A stretch of 32,000 bases of DNA from a secondary endosymbiont of Trabutina mannipara (GTDB lineage Bacteria > Pseudomonadota > Gammaproteobacteria > Enterobacterales > Enterobacteriaceae): contig NZ_LT594522.1 of assembly GCF_900090215.1 (NCBI RefSeq), positions 120,001-152,000 on the forward strand, in the 5' to 3' direction. The stretch's first letter is position 1; each line of letters starts with the position of its first letter. Below the pieces are notes generated by a model. That model worked only from the letters and a program-made list of their open reading frames with translations, was not told the origin of the DNA and did no database searches. The translations under genes and the position numbers were made by a program. Below are positions 1 through 10,732 of this stretch, piece by piece.

Positions 1-108
1 TGGTAAATTTTTAATTTTTGGTATTTTATTTATGATCATTTTATTGTTCTCTGAACTTAAATAATAGTTAGACGAAAATTAATAAAAAAATAGCATAAAA
101 CTATAAGC

Positions 109-127
109 AATATTTCATTGAAATATT
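109..127 (-). terminator. 19-bp perfect palindrome AATATTTCA-T-TGAAATATT, 22 nt downstream of the rsmD stop; possible weak terminator hairpin
   Basis: Read directly. 9-bp arms, nearly all A/T. On the rsmD-sense strand U-rich runs begin only about 7 nt after the stem, so terminator function is a guess. Confidence 0.2.
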
Positions 128-148
128 ATTCAGCTGTTAAGCTAAAGT

Positions 149-742
149 TTATGTACGTAAATATAGCCTGTATGCTACTTTTCCTGCAACCTTTTCCTTA
201 TATATTTTCCAATTAATGGGTATAGAATAGGTACCTTTTTTTTCAGTTTCGATGTAAATCCAAGATTTTTTTGCAAGATGATTGTAATACTCTAGAAAAG
301 CTACGGTTTTAGATATCATACCCTGATTAAATGGAGGATCAATAAAAACAATATCAAACTTATTAGCATCTGATGAATGTGCTAGCCACAAATTGGTATC
401 TGTAGTGATAACCTGCGCTTGTTTTGTCTGTAATAGTTGCAACTTATTTAAAAGTTGTTGACTAATTAATCTATCTTGCTCAATTAGTGTTACGCTAGCA
501 GCAGCACGAGATAATGCCTCTATGCCCAAAGCCCCGCTTCCAGCGAAACAATCTAGACAGTGTGCCCCCCTAATAAACGGCGCTAACCAATTAAATAAAG
601 TTTCCCGTACTCTGTTAGGAGTAGGTCGCAAAGCTGTCCTATTTGGCACTAAAATTTTACTACCACGCCACATACCACCAATAATACGAATTATTCCAGT
701 AGGACAATTATTAGTAAATTTTTTATTTTTTTTAAAAATCAA
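149..742 (-). CDS. rsmD: 16S rRNA (guanine966-N2)-methyltransferase RsmD
   Basis: 197-codon ORF colinear with E. coli RsmD: IRIIGG.WRG, LRPT..RVRETLFNWLAP, LDCFAGSGALGIEALSR (SAM-binding motif), FIDPPF. The ORF opens with TTG at 742 and no upstream ATG preserves the conserved IRIIGG block, so the exact start is uncertain. Stop TAA at 149-151. Confidence 0.85.
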   Translation of the reverse strand: MIFKKNKKFTNNCPTGIIRIIGGMWRGSKILVPNRTALRPTPNRVRETLFNWLAPFIRGAHCLDCFAGSGALGIEALSRAAASVTLIEQDRLISQQLLNKLQLLQTKQAQVITTDTNLWLAHSSDANKFDIVFIDPPFNQGMISKTVAFLEYYNHLAKKSWIYIETEKKGTYSIPINWKIYKEKVAGKVAYRLYLRT

Positions 743-764
743 ATTATATAAATATACAATTAAA

Positions 765-814
765 TTGTATGATTTAAATTGTATGATAATTGTATGATTT
801 AAATTGTATGATAA
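765..814. repeat. perfect tandem duplication, 25 bp x2 (TTGTATGATTTAAATTGTATGATAA)
   Basis: Read directly in the rsmD-rpoH spacer. Internally there are four copies of AATTGTATGAT. Position anchored on the stop (795-797) of the spurious ORF 522..797. Confidence 0.9.
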
Positions 815-934
815 TTATATCAAAAAAAATGAAAAATTCAGATAAAATTTTTTATTTTACATGAAATTTTACTAAAAATTAACGCCATTTTACGTTAAAA
901 ATAAAATATTGATTTATCCTGGTTCAACTACATA

Positions 935-962
935 GTGGTATCTATACCGTGGTATCTATACC
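935..962. repeat. perfect tandem duplication, 14 bp x2 (GTGGTATCTATACC); each unit contains the dyad GGTAT-CT-ATACC
   Basis: Read directly, 153-180 nt upstream of the rpoH ATG. Confidence 0.85.
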
Positions 963-1114
963 AGGTTTAATCTTAAAATTGATTAGATTAAGTTTACATA
1001 TACAAGTTTACACCTAGATAATATTTTTATATATATAATAGTTGCAAAAAAATTATTAAGAACTAAGATTTAGCGTAATGCAAAAGCGGCTTTTCTACTA
1101 GTTAGAGGTCATAA

Positions 1115-1972
1115 ATGATTAAATATATGCAAATTTTAGCTTATGTTCCCCAGGGAAGTTTAGAATACTATGTTAGGACTGCTAATGCTTATCCAATGTT
1201 AACAGCAAAAGAAGAACTAGAGTTGGCGGAAAGGTTTCACTATCATAGCGATTTAGAGGCTGCAAAGCAACTAATATTGTCACATTTGCGTTTTGTTATT
1301 CATATTGCACGTAATTATTCAGGATATGGCCTACCTCAAGCTGATTTAATCCAGGAAGGAAATATCGGTTTAATGAAAGCAGTTAGACGTTTTAACCCCA
1401 AAGTAGGGGTGCGTTTGGTTTCATTTGTAGTTCATTGGATTAAAGCTGAAATTCACGAATACGTATTGCGCAACTGGCGTATTGTAAAAATAGCGACTAC
1501 TAAAGCACAGCGCAAACTATTCTTTAATCTGCGTAAAACTAAACCTAGATTAGGTTGGTTTAACCAAAAAGAAGTAGAAATGGTAGCAAAAGAGCTAGGC
1601 GTATCTAGCAAAGATGTTCGTGAAATGGAGTCCCGTATGGCTGATCAAGACATAGCTTTTGATCCAACACCAGAAGATGAAAATTCAGAAGGACATACTA
1701 TTGCTCCCTTACTTTATTTACATGATAAATCATCTGATTTTGCTGATAGCATTGAAGAGGCTAATTGGGACAATCATGCTGTTGATAAGTTAAGTATAGC
1801 TCTAAGAGCACTTGATGAGCGAAGCCGTAACATCATACGTGCGCGTTGGTTAGATGATACTAATAAAAGTACCCTGCAATCATTAGCCTACAAGTATGGT
1901 ATTTCAGCAGAACGTGTGCGTCAACTTGAAAAAAATGCAATGAAAAAAATACGTTTAGCGATCGAGGAATAA
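1115..1972 (+). CDS. rpoH: RNA polymerase sigma-32 (heat-shock sigma factor RpoH)
   Basis: 285 aa, colinear with E. coli RpoH from the start (MIKYMQ vs MTDKMQ). Shared blocks: [30 protein letters not shown], RpoH box [30 protein letters not shown] lies 6 nt upstream of the ATG. Stop TAA. Confidence 0.96.
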   Translation: MIKYMQILAYVPQGSLEYYVRTANAYPMLTAKEELELAERFHYHSDLEAAKQLILSHLRFVIHIARNYSGYGLPQADLIQEGNIGLMKAVRRFNPKVGVRLVSFVVHWIKAEIHEYVLRNWRIVKIATTKAQRKLFFNLRKTKPRLGWFNQKEVEMVAKELGVSSKDVREMESRMADQDIAFDPTPEDENSEGHTIAPLLYLHDKSSDFADSIEEANWDNHAVDKLSIALRALDERSRNIIRARWLDDTNKSTLQSLAYKYGISAERVRQLEKNAMKKIRLAIEE

Positions 1973-1985
1973 AAAAATAAGCTAT

Positions 1986-3284
1986 TTAGTTGTTGATATG
2001 GGTTATACAGCCCATATAGGGCCTAATTATCGAAGGAATTTCAATCCTTCCATCAGATAGCTGATAATTTTCAAGTACAGCTACTAGGGTGCGGCCAACA
2101 GCAAGTCCAGAGCCGTTTAATGTATGTACAAGTTGCAGCTTATTATCCTTCTTGCTTCGATAGCGTGCTAAAATTCGTCGCGCTTGAAAATCACCGATAT
2201 TCGAACACGAAGATATTTCTCTATAGGTATTTTGTGCTGGAAGCCATACTTCTAAATCATATGTTTTACAAGATGCAAAACTCATATCAACGGTACTTAG
2301 CAGTATTTTTCGATATGGAAGCTGCAGCAGTTGTAGTACTTTTTCAGCATGTCCGGTTATTTCTTCTAGCGCCTGCATAGACTGCTCTGGTTTCACCACC
2401 TGCATGATTTCAACTTTTTCAAACTGATGCATACGAATAAGTCCCCTATTATCACGTCCGTAAGATCCAGCTTCAGAACGAAAGCACGGCGTATGGGCAG
2501 TCATCTTAAGTGGAAGCGCGTCTTCTTCAATTATTTGGTTACGTAGTAGATTAGTTAGCGGTACTTCTGCTGTTGGTATTAATGCATAGGATTTTTTCTC
2601 TATTTCTTCGTTTAATGACTGTACATAGAATAGATCTTTAGAAAATTTTGGCAATTGACCTGTGCCATAAAGTGAAAACTTATTAACTATATAAGGAAGA
2701 TAATATTCTATATATCCGTGCTGTTCGGTATGTAAATCTAACATAAACTGGGTCAGCGCACGATGTAATTGTGCAATTTTACCACGCATTACTACAAAAC
2801 GTGTACCAGTTAGCTTTACTGCTGCAGAAAAATCAAAACCTTCCACAACTTTGCCAAGTTCTACATGATCTCTAATGTTAAAATCATAATTTTTTGGTTT
2901 TCCCCAACGTAAAACTTCTTTATTATTTTTTTCTTGTCTGCCATCAGGCACCTCATCTGCGGGAATATTAGGCAAAGAAAGTGCGTAGTTACTTATTGAT
3001 TCTTGTAATGCTTTTAGTTCATATTTAGCAGTGCTTAATTGTTCATCAAGATCATTTACTTCTTGGCACAGTAGCTTAATATCTTCTCCACGTAACTTTT
3101 CGAAGCCTATCTTCTTAGAAAGTGCATTACGTTTAGCTTGTAGTTTTTCCATTTTAATTTGGAACAATTTACGGTGCTCTTCCTGTTTACGCAGTGCTAC
3201 TACATCTATTTTAAATTTTCTAAGAGCTAATTTTTTAGTAACAGTATTAAGCTTATTACTACGCAGTAGATTAGGATCAAGCAT
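1986..3284 (-). CDS. serS: seryl-tRNA synthetase
   Basis: 432 aa, MLDPNLLR start identical to E. coli SerRS. Class II blocks [31 protein letters not shown] and [16 protein letters not shown] are present. Confidence 0.97.
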   Translation of the reverse strand: MLDPNLLRSNKLNTVTKKLALRKFKIDVVALRKQEEHRKLFQIKMEKLQAKRNALSKKIGFEKLRGEDIKLLCQEVNDLDEQLSTAKYELKALQESISNYALSLPNIPADEVPDGRQEKNNKEVLRWGKPKNYDFNIRDHVELGKVVEGFDFSAAVKLTGTRFVVMRGKIAQLHRALTQFMLDLHTEQHGYIEYYLPYIVNKFSLYGTGQLPKFSKDLFYVQSLNEEIEKKSYALIPTAEVPLTNLLRNQIIEEDALPLKMTAHTPCFRSEAGSYGRDNRGLIRMHQFEKVEIMQVVKPEQSMQALEEITGHAEKVLQLLQLPYRKILLSTVDMSFASCKTYDLEVWLPAQNTYREISSCSNIGDFQARRILARYRSKKDNKLQLVHTLNGSGLAVGRTLVAVLENYQLSDGRIEIPSIIRPYMGCITHINN

Positions 3285-3308
3285 ATTATCCCTATTGTAG
3301 GAGGAAAA

Positions 3309-3340
3309 TTACCTAAATTTAATTTTACCTAAATTTAATT
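3309..3340. repeat. perfect tandem duplication, 16 bp x2 (TTACCTAAATTTAATT)
   Basis: Read directly in the serS-trxB spacer. Confidence 0.9.
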
Positions 3341-3355
3341 TAGATAATGCTATTA

Positions 3356-3391
3356 TATATAGCTTAGTTAGCTTATATAGCTTAGTTAGCT
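3356..3391. repeat. perfect tandem duplication, 18 bp x2 (TATATAGCTTAGTTAGCT)
   Basis: Read directly in the serS-trxB spacer, 16 nt after the previous duplication. Confidence 0.9.
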
Positions 3392-3617
3392 ATTTTATTA
3401 TTCTAATTACCTTTGTCAATATTGTTTTACCCTAACGCTAGTCATCCAAATTTATACCTTATTTTAGTGTAAAATTTATAATTTACATTTGGAAAATTAT
3501 AATATATTTTACGGTATAATAAAAATAAATGTGAACTAATAGTTTTTTTGAAAAAACTTGAAAAGGATTTCTATGAATTTATTTTCTTTAATGTACTTAC
3601 AACTTTGTTAAATTTGA

Positions 3618-4586
<969 letters not shown>

Positions 4587-4654
4587 GGTATAATATTAGA
4601 AAAAATTAAACTTATGATAATTTACTTTGAACTTTAATCTAAAAAATAAATTTA

Positions 4655-6391
4655 ATGAATAATAGTAGACAAAAAATACTTATACATTGGTTAAACTTGC
4701 AAAGTAAGCGTATAAAAGGATGGCTACAACTTTCTATATTATTTGGAATAATAAGAGCATTAATTATTATTGCTCATTCTTATATTTTATCTTTTTTACT
4801 ACAAGCATTGATTATAGATCGCACTCAACGTTCTAATTTAAAAGAATTTTTTATTGCGTTAGTAACGTTATTTGCGTTTCGCGCTGTAGTTAATTATGTT
4901 CATGAACGTATAGGTTTTATTGCTGGTAGTTTATTGCGTCGTAAAATACGTGCTCAAATTTTAGATCAGTTTGAGCGTCTAGGACATGCATGGATCCAGA
5001 GAAAAAAAACAGGTAGTTGGATTAGCATGTTGCTTGAGCAAATAGAAAATATGCAAGATTTTTATGCTCGATATTTACCACAAATATTTATATCAGCAAT
5101 AGTGCCTTTCATGATTCTTATTGTAATTTTTCCTATTAATTGGATATCAGGTTTAATACTATTTATTACAGCACCTATGATTCCACTATTTATGTTTTTG
5201 GTAGGTACAGGTGCTGCTGAAGCAAATAGACGTAATTTTTTAGCTTTAGAGCATTTATCTGGATATTTTCTTGATCGTCTACGTGGGTTAGAAACCATCA
5301 GGATTTTTTTTAATGCAAAATCAGAAAAAAATAATATTTGCCGTCTTACTGAAAAATTTCGTCAGCGCACTATGGAAGTATTAAGGTTAGCTTTTCTATC
5401 ATCAGGAGTATTGGAATTTTTTTCTTCGATATTTATCGCTATTTTAGCAGTTTATTTCGGTTTCTCTTATTTAGGAAAACTAAATTTAGGTAGCTACAGC
5501 AAAAAAATAACGCTATTCGATGGATTTTTAGTGCTAATACTAGCCCCTGAATTCTTTCAACCATTACGAGATTTAGGTAATTTTTATCATGCTAAGGCTA
5601 AGGCAGTAGGTGCAGCTGAATCATTAGTATATTTTTTAGAAGATGATTATGATAAAGTAATAGGAAATAAAATTCCTGTTTCTGGTCCTATCAATTTGAT
5701 TGCTCGTGATTTATGGATACTAGCTCCTAATGGAAATAAACTGGCTGGACCGCTTAATTTTTCAGTTAAAGCTGGACAACGTATAGCTATCATAGGTACT
5801 AGCGGTGCCGGAAAAAGTTCTTTATTAAAAGTATTACTAGGTTTTTTACCATATAGAGGCTCTATACTGGTCAACGGAATAGAACTTCGCGAACTAGCGC
5901 CACTTCTTTGGCGTAAACAGTTAAGCTGGGTCAGTCAAAATCCATTATTGCCGGCAATAACTGTACGTGATAATATTTTACTGGGAGCTCCAGATGCAGA
6001 TGATTTGCAGTTAATGCAAGTAGTTAATGATACTTATTTGGATGATTTACTTATATCACTATCAGATGGTATAAATAGCTCTGTAGGGGAAGACGCAAGT
6101 CTTCTATCTTTTGGACAAGCACAGCGTGTAGCTTTGGCACGAGCTTTGATTCGTATACCTAGATTATTATTATTAGACGAACCTACTGCTAGTCTTGATA
6201 TACATAGCGAAAGACTGATAATTAATACTTTGGAAAAAACTATGCTACGTCAGACTACGATTTTAGTAACACATAAACTACATCTAATAAATTATTTTGA
6301 CAGTATTTGGGTGATGAATAATGGTATTATAGAACACCAAGGTAATTATACCAATTTAGTAAGCACTACTGGAAAAATAGCTGATTTTTAA
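4655..6391 (+). CDS. cydD: cysteine/glutathione ABC exporter subunit CydD (cytochrome bd assembly)
   Basis: 578 aa, colinear with E. coli CydD (MNNSRQK.., YARYLPQ, NRRNFLALE.LSG.FLDRLRG.ET.RIF, ILAPEFFQPLRDLG.FYHAKA). Walker A GTSGAGKSS, signature LSFGQAQRVALARAL, Walker B LLLLDEP. Confidence 0.92.
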   Translation: MNNSRQKILIHWLNLQSKRIKGWLQLSILFGIIRALIIIAHSYILSFLLQALIIDRTQRSNLKEFFIALVTLFAFRAVVNYVHERIGFIAGSLLRRKIRAQILDQFERLGHAWIQRKKTGSWISMLLEQIENMQDFYARYLPQIFISAIVPFMILIVIFPINWISGLILFITAPMIPLFMFLVGTGAAEANRRNFLALEHLSGYFLDRLRGLETIRIFFNAKSEKNNICRLTEKFRQRTMEVLRLAFLSSGVLEFFSSIFIAILAVYFGFSYLGKLNLGSYSKKITLFDGFLVLILAPEFFQPLRDLGNFYHAKAKAVGAAESLVYFLEDDYDKVIGNKIPVSGPINLIARDLWILAPNGNKLAGPLNFSVKAGQRIAIIGTSGAGKSSLLKVLLGFLPYRGSILVNGIELRELAPLLWRKQLSWVSQNPLLPAITVRDNILLGAPDADDLQLMQVVNDTYLDDLLISLSDGINSSVGEDASLLSFGQAQRVALARALIRIPRLLLLDEPTASLDIHSERLIINTLEKTMLRQTTILVTHKLHLINYFDSIWVMNNGIIEHQGNYTNLVSTTGKIADF

Positions 6392-6408
6392 ATTACTTTT
6401 CACTAAAT

Positions 6409-8130
6409 ATGCGCGTTTTACTTCCTTATTTATTTTTTTTACATCGTCGATTAAAACAATTTTTTTTGGGTTTTTTACTTACAATTGTTACTTTATTTGC
6501 TCATATATGTCTGTTAACTGTATCAGGATGGTTTTTAGCTAGTGCAGCTACGGCTGGTATAGTTGGAAATTTTAACTACATGTTACCTGCTGCAGGTATG
6601 CGCATCGCTGCAATTATCCGCACAACTTGCCGCTGGACAGAGCGAGTTGTTACCCACGACGCTACCTTCAACGTATTAAAATATTTAAGAATTTATACTT
6701 TTATTCGTATTTTACCACTTTTTCCTAGTGCAAGTAATCATTTTCAACGAACAGAATTACTCAACCGCTTGGTAAGCGATGTGGATACTCTAGATAATCT
6801 TTATTTACGAGTTATTTCACCGATAGCTGTAGCGGTAGTTGTTATATTAGCAGTAACTTCTATTCTATATCTTTTATACCCAAAATTTAGCTTGACACTG
6901 GGTATATTAACATTGGGTATCTTGGTGCTATTTTCTCTACTTTTTTATCGTTACGTAAAAAGTGTAGGAGAATTAATAACCATTTTTCGTGACAATTATC
7001 GTCAGCAACTTAACACATTGCTTTCTAGCAATGCTGAACTTACCGTGTATGGCGCCGTAGAACGCTATCGAAACAAACTAGATAATACTGAAAAAAAATG
7101 GCAAATACATCAGAGTTGTCAAAGTAGTATAGGTGCTTGCGCACAAAGTGTGCTCCAGTTATTAACTGGCCTAACATTGACATTTGTATTGTGGATTTCT
7201 GCTGGTAGTGTTATAAATGATTCGTTTAGAGAGCTTATTGCTCTGTTCTTTTTCGCGACACTTTCGGTATTTGAGGCCATAGTTCCGGTAGCAGGTGCTT
7301 TTCAATATCTGGGACAAGTAATAGCATCTGCTGTACGCCTTAATATACTTATTAACCAACTTCCAAATGTAGTTTTTCCTCATAGAGGTCCAGTACCAGC
7401 TACTAGTGTTACTTTTAGTGCTCACAAATTATATTTTAAATATCCACAGCATAAAGTACCAGCAATTAATAATTTGTCGATAAATGTTGCTGCTGGAGAA
7501 CATATTGCTTTACTAGGCCATACTGGTAGTGGTAAATCAACTATGTTGCAATTATTGACTCGAGCTTGGGATCCACAAAAAGGATATATCACGTTTAATG
7601 GAATACCGTTACCACAGTGGAGCGAAAGCGCGCTACGCGCAATGACTGCAGTGGTACCTCAGCGAGTTTATATTTTTAGCGCTACATTAAGAGATAATCT
7701 TCTTTTGGCAGCTCCATATGTTAATGATGAAAAAATATGTACCATATTGAATTTGGTAGGATTAGAAAAACTTCTTAAAAACAAAGGATTAAACCTATGG
7801 CTTGGAGATGGCGGTAGATCTCTTTCAGGAGGTGAACACCTCCGCATAGGAATCGCCCGTATTCTTCTACATGAAGCTCCGCTATGGTTGCTAGATGAGC
7901 CCACATATGGCCTTGATGTAGTTACCGAAAAGCAAATTTTACAGCTTCTAATTAAACTGGGCAAAGGACGCACGTTAATAATGGTTACCCATAGGCTTCA
8001 GGAATTAGAAAATTTAGATCGTATTTATATTATGGATAGAGGTACCTTTATTGAAAAAGGTAGCCATAAGGAATTAATGGAACAGCGCGGCCGTTATTAT
8101 AATTATCATTTTGCCGGAGGTATAGTATAA
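6409..8130 (+). CDS. cydC: cysteine/glutathione ABC exporter subunit CydC
   Basis: 573 aa, colinear with E. coli CydC (MR.LLPYL, LSGWFL, NYMLPAAG.R, HDATF.VL..LRIYTF, GAFQ.LGQVIASAVR). Walker A GHTGSGKST, signature LSGGE, Walker B LWLLDEP. Sits 17 nt after cydD, as in the E. coli cydDC operon. Confidence 0.92.
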   Translation: MRVLLPYLFFLHRRLKQFFLGFLLTIVTLFAHICLLTVSGWFLASAATAGIVGNFNYMLPAAGMRIAAIIRTTCRWTERVVTHDATFNVLKYLRIYTFIRILPLFPSASNHFQRTELLNRLVSDVDTLDNLYLRVISPIAVAVVVILAVTSILYLLYPKFSLTLGILTLGILVLFSLLFYRYVKSVGELITIFRDNYRQQLNTLLSSNAELTVYGAVERYRNKLDNTEKKWQIHQSCQSSIGACAQSVLQLLTGLTLTFVLWISAGSVINDSFRELIALFFFATLSVFEAIVPVAGAFQYLGQVIASAVRLNILINQLPNVVFPHRGPVPATSVTFSAHKLYFKYPQHKVPAINNLSINVAAGEHIALLGHTGSGKSTMLQLLTRAWDPQKGYITFNGIPLPQWSESALRAMTAVVPQRVYIFSATLRDNLLLAAPYVNDEKICTILNLVGLEKLLKNKGLNLWLGDGGRSLSGGEHLRIGIARILLHEAPLWLLDEPTYGLDVVTEKQILQLLIKLGKGRTLIMVTHRLQELENLDRIYIMDRGTFIEKGSHKELMEQRGRYYNYHFAGGIV

Positions 8131-8193
8131 AATAAATCTCCGCCTAGTAGGCTGAGTTCATAAAAAATTTATAATAATATAAATTAATTCTAA

Positions 8194-8424
<231 letters not shown>

Positions 8425-8585
8425 AATTAAATTTATTCAAAGATAGAAAAAATACTAATTAACTTAACTAATACTTAAAATTAAGTGAACTTTTGTAGTT
8501 CAATGCAATACTGATGTTATTTTTGTAGCATTTTAAAAAAAATTAATTGCTGCATCTACTTTTGCCGCGATTTTTTAGCATCTAG

Positions 8586-8607
8586 ATAGATTTGCAATAG
8601 ATTTGCA
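8586..8607. repeat. perfect tandem duplication, 11 bp x2 (ATAGATTTGCA)
   Basis: Read directly in the infA-rpsA convergent spacer. Confidence 0.9.
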
Positions 8608-8753
8608 TGCAGTAATTTAATTTTCTAGAAAATTTATATCACGCGCCAGTGATGTATACATTATACATAAAATTTATTAGCTCATTAGCTCTAGCTTACA
8701 CTCTTGGAGTGCACTCCTATTGAAGCACTACATAGAATTAGCTTAAGTTATTA

Positions 8754-10397
8754 TTAACTTTTAGTAGCTGCTTTAAAAGCTTCAGTCATTGCATTTGAAA
8801 AATTTTCTTCTTGTTTTTTACTGATGTTTTTTTTCTTATCAACTTCAGTTGATAGACTGATAACTCTATTCTTTCGATCGATACCAATCAATTTTACTTC
8901 TATATTATCTCCAACTATTAGTGATTTTTCTTGGTTACGAAAAATTTCAGATAATTGTAGATAACCTTCTACTCCATTTGCTAATTCAACAACTGTAATA
9001 TCTTTATTAGTATCAACTGCTACTATTTTACCAGTAACGATAGCACCTTTCTTATTTAAAGATAAATAATTATTGAATTGATCTTCAGCTAGTTGTTTTA
9101 TTCCTAAAGAAATACGTTCACGTTCAGCGTCAACCTGTAGAACTATAGCTGCAATTTCATCACCTTTTTTATAATTATGTATAGCTTCTTCTCCGGTTAT
9201 ATTCCATGAAATATCAGATAAATGAACTAACCCGTCGATACCACCTTTTAGGCCGATAAATATGCCAAAATCAGTAATTGATTTTATTTTACCTTCAACA
9301 CGGTCACCTTTATTGAAGGTTTCAGCGAATTGCTGCCAAGGATTAATTTTACATTGTTTTAATCCTAAAGAAATACGATGACGTTCTTCGTCGATATCCA
9401 AAACTATTACTTCTACCAATTCTCCTACATTAACCATTTTAGATGGATGAATATTTTTATTAGTCCAGTCCATTTCAGAAACATGCACTAGTCCTTCAAT
9501 TCCTTCTTCAATTTCAACGAAGCATCCGTAGTCAGTTAGGTTAGTTACGCGGCCATTCAAACGAGTACCTTCTTGATAACGTTTTGCAATAGCAACCCAA
9601 GGATTTTCAATTAACTGTTTCATACCTAATGATACTCTAGTACGATCACGATCAAATTTTAACACTTTAACAGATATTTCATCTCCAATATTTACTATTT
9701 CTTTAGGATGCTTAACACGTTTCCAAGCCATATCTGTAATGTGCAGTAGACCATCAATACCACCTAAATCAACAAAAGCACCATAATCAGTTAAGTTTTT
9801 TACGATACCTTTAACTTCCTTACCTTCATGCAAATTTTCTAACAGAATATCTCTATCCGCACCATTTTCCAATTCAATAACTGCACGTCGCGAAACAACA
9901 ACATTGTTACGTTTATGATCTAATTTAATGATTTTAAAATCAAGCTCTCTTCCTTCCAAAGGAAGGTTATCTCGAATAGGACGCACGTCTACTAAAGAAC
10001 CAGGTAAAAAAGCACGAATACCGTTTAATTCTACAGTAAACCCACCTTTTACTTTTCCATTAATTACACCAATGACGTTCGTAACTTCTTTGTACGCTTT
10101 TTCTAGCATTAACCATGATTCATGTCTTTTTGCTTTTTCACGGGATAAGATAGTTTTACCAAAACCATCTGCTACTGCATCTAGAGTAACGTCAACTTGA
10201 TCGCCTATTTTAATTTCTAATTTACCCTGAGAGTCAAGAAATTGTTCAACAGGAATAGTTGATTCAGATTTGAGACCAGCGTCAATTAGAACAACGTCTT
10301 TCGCAATTGATACAACCTTTCCACGAATAATAGAACCAGGACGAGTTTCAATTTTTTTAATAAATTCTTCAAATATTTGAGCAAATGATTCTGTCAT
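8754..10397 (-). CDS. rpsA: 30S ribosomal protein S1
   Basis: 547 aa. [11 protein letters not shown] start matches E. coli S1 (MTESFAQLFEE). Six S1-domain repeats are recognisable (..G.V..I..YGAFV..GG..GL.H.S....). Confidence 0.97.
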   Translation of the reverse strand: MTESFAQIFEEFIKKIETRPGSIIRGKVVSIAKDVVLIDAGLKSESTIPVEQFLDSQGKLEIKIGDQVDVTLDAVADGFGKTILSREKAKRHESWLMLEKAYKEVTNVIGVINGKVKGGFTVELNGIRAFLPGSLVDVRPIRDNLPLEGRELDFKIIKLDHKRNNVVVSRRAVIELENGADRDILLENLHEGKEVKGIVKNLTDYGAFVDLGGIDGLLHITDMAWKRVKHPKEIVNIGDEISVKVLKFDRDRTRVSLGMKQLIENPWVAIAKRYQEGTRLNGRVTNLTDYGCFVEIEEGIEGLVHVSEMDWTNKNIHPSKMVNVGELVEVIVLDIDEERHRISLGLKQCKINPWQQFAETFNKGDRVEGKIKSITDFGIFIGLKGGIDGLVHLSDISWNITGEEAIHNYKKGDEIAAIVLQVDAERERISLGIKQLAEDQFNNYLSLNKKGAIVTGKIVAVDTNKDITVVELANGVEGYLQLSEIFRNQEKSLIVGDNIEVKLIGIDRKNRVISLSTEVDKKKNISKKQEENFSNAMTEAFKAATKS

Positions 10398-10423
10398 AAT
10401 TAATTTTCTAATTAACGACCATT

Positions 10424-10483
10424 AAGCATCCCTGCTTGATGGAGTAGTTATTATTATATCCAAATGCATTTCCTATGCTTTGG
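10424..10483 (-). promoter_or_regulatory. rpsA 5' leader: two hairpins with GGA in the apical loops, no Shine-Dalgarno element
   Basis: Sense-strand folds seen by eye: CCAAA-GCAU-[AGGAA]-AUGC-A-UUUGG (10483..10460) and AAGCA-[GGGA]-UGCUU (10437..10424). There is no purine-rich SD within 20 nt of the ATG at 10397. This matches the published architecture of gamma-proteobacterial rpsA leaders. Confidence 0.45.
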
Positions 10484-10544
10484 TAAAAAATTACTGAATA
10501 TTTTAAATAGAGTCCTTTTTGGGATAGTCAGCTAATTAGTTGCA

Positions 10545-10566
10545 GATACTATTTTGATACTATTTT
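10545..10566. repeat. perfect tandem duplication, 11 bp x2 (GATACTATTTT)
   Basis: Read directly in the rpsA-metG divergent spacer. Confidence 0.9.
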
Positions 10567-10732
10567 TAGTAAAAAAAAACAAATTTTAGTAAATACAACA
10601 TAATTGTTGTTACCATGATATTTTATATTAACATTAAATTATTTTACCTGCAACTGCAGCTTATATTTTAAATAGTACATTTTAATTTAGTAAATATAAG
10701 CAAATATTTAAATACTTAAAGCGAATTTTATT

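Noticed and set aside
522-797. A 91-aa + strand ORF overlapping rsmD and running into the 25-bp duplication.
   Set aside because: It is antisense to the conserved rsmD N-terminal half, and its C-terminus is encoded by the tandem duplication itself. No support as a gene.
911-920. Scattered DnaA-box-like 9-mers (TTATCCTGG at about 912, TTATCCATT at about 12395), considered as oriC or DnaA regulation of rpoH.
   Set aside because: These are single 7/9 matches, not clustered, with no adjacent AT-rich 13-mer-type unwinding element distinguishable from the background.
765-962. The tandem repeats (here and elsewhere), considered as a CRISPR array, plasmid-like iterons or a dispersed repeat family.
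   Set aside because: Each consists of only two abutting copies with no spacers. The units are unrelated between loci, and several sit inside dead genes, where they are clearly insertions. Slippage duplication fits better.
1060-1086. Promoter calls: a sigma-E-like GAACTA-N16-AAAAG upstream of rpoH (E. coli rpoH P3 analogue), a perfect TATAAT at 3515-3520 upstream of trxB, and a TTGTTA/TAACAT pair upstream of metG.
   Set aside because: The -10 or -35 partners are poor, and in DNA of about 30% G+C such hexamers occur by chance every few hundred bp. Not supportable without transcript mapping.
8706-8717. The G/C-rich 12-bp palindrome GGAGTGCACTCC, 37 nt downstream of the rpsA stop, considered as an intrinsic terminator.
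   Set aside because: As RNA it gives only a 4-bp stem with a 4-nt loop, and no U tract follows on either strand. It is conspicuous in an A/T-rich spacer but unsupported as a terminator.
8425-8753. The infA-rpsA convergent spacer, considered as (a) a degraded ihfB relic (weak KLELMS.., AKIAAKVDAAINFF.., ISIALNYKSSL.. resemblance to IHF-beta/HU) or (b) a dif-like XerCD site around 8641-8676 (..TGTATA.. core; inverted ATGTATA/TATACAT).
   Set aside because: The peptide resemblances are short, need several frame changes and have inconsistent spacing, so I cannot separate them from A/T-rich noise by eye. The dif match is only about 5-6 of 11 per arm with the wrong spacer length.
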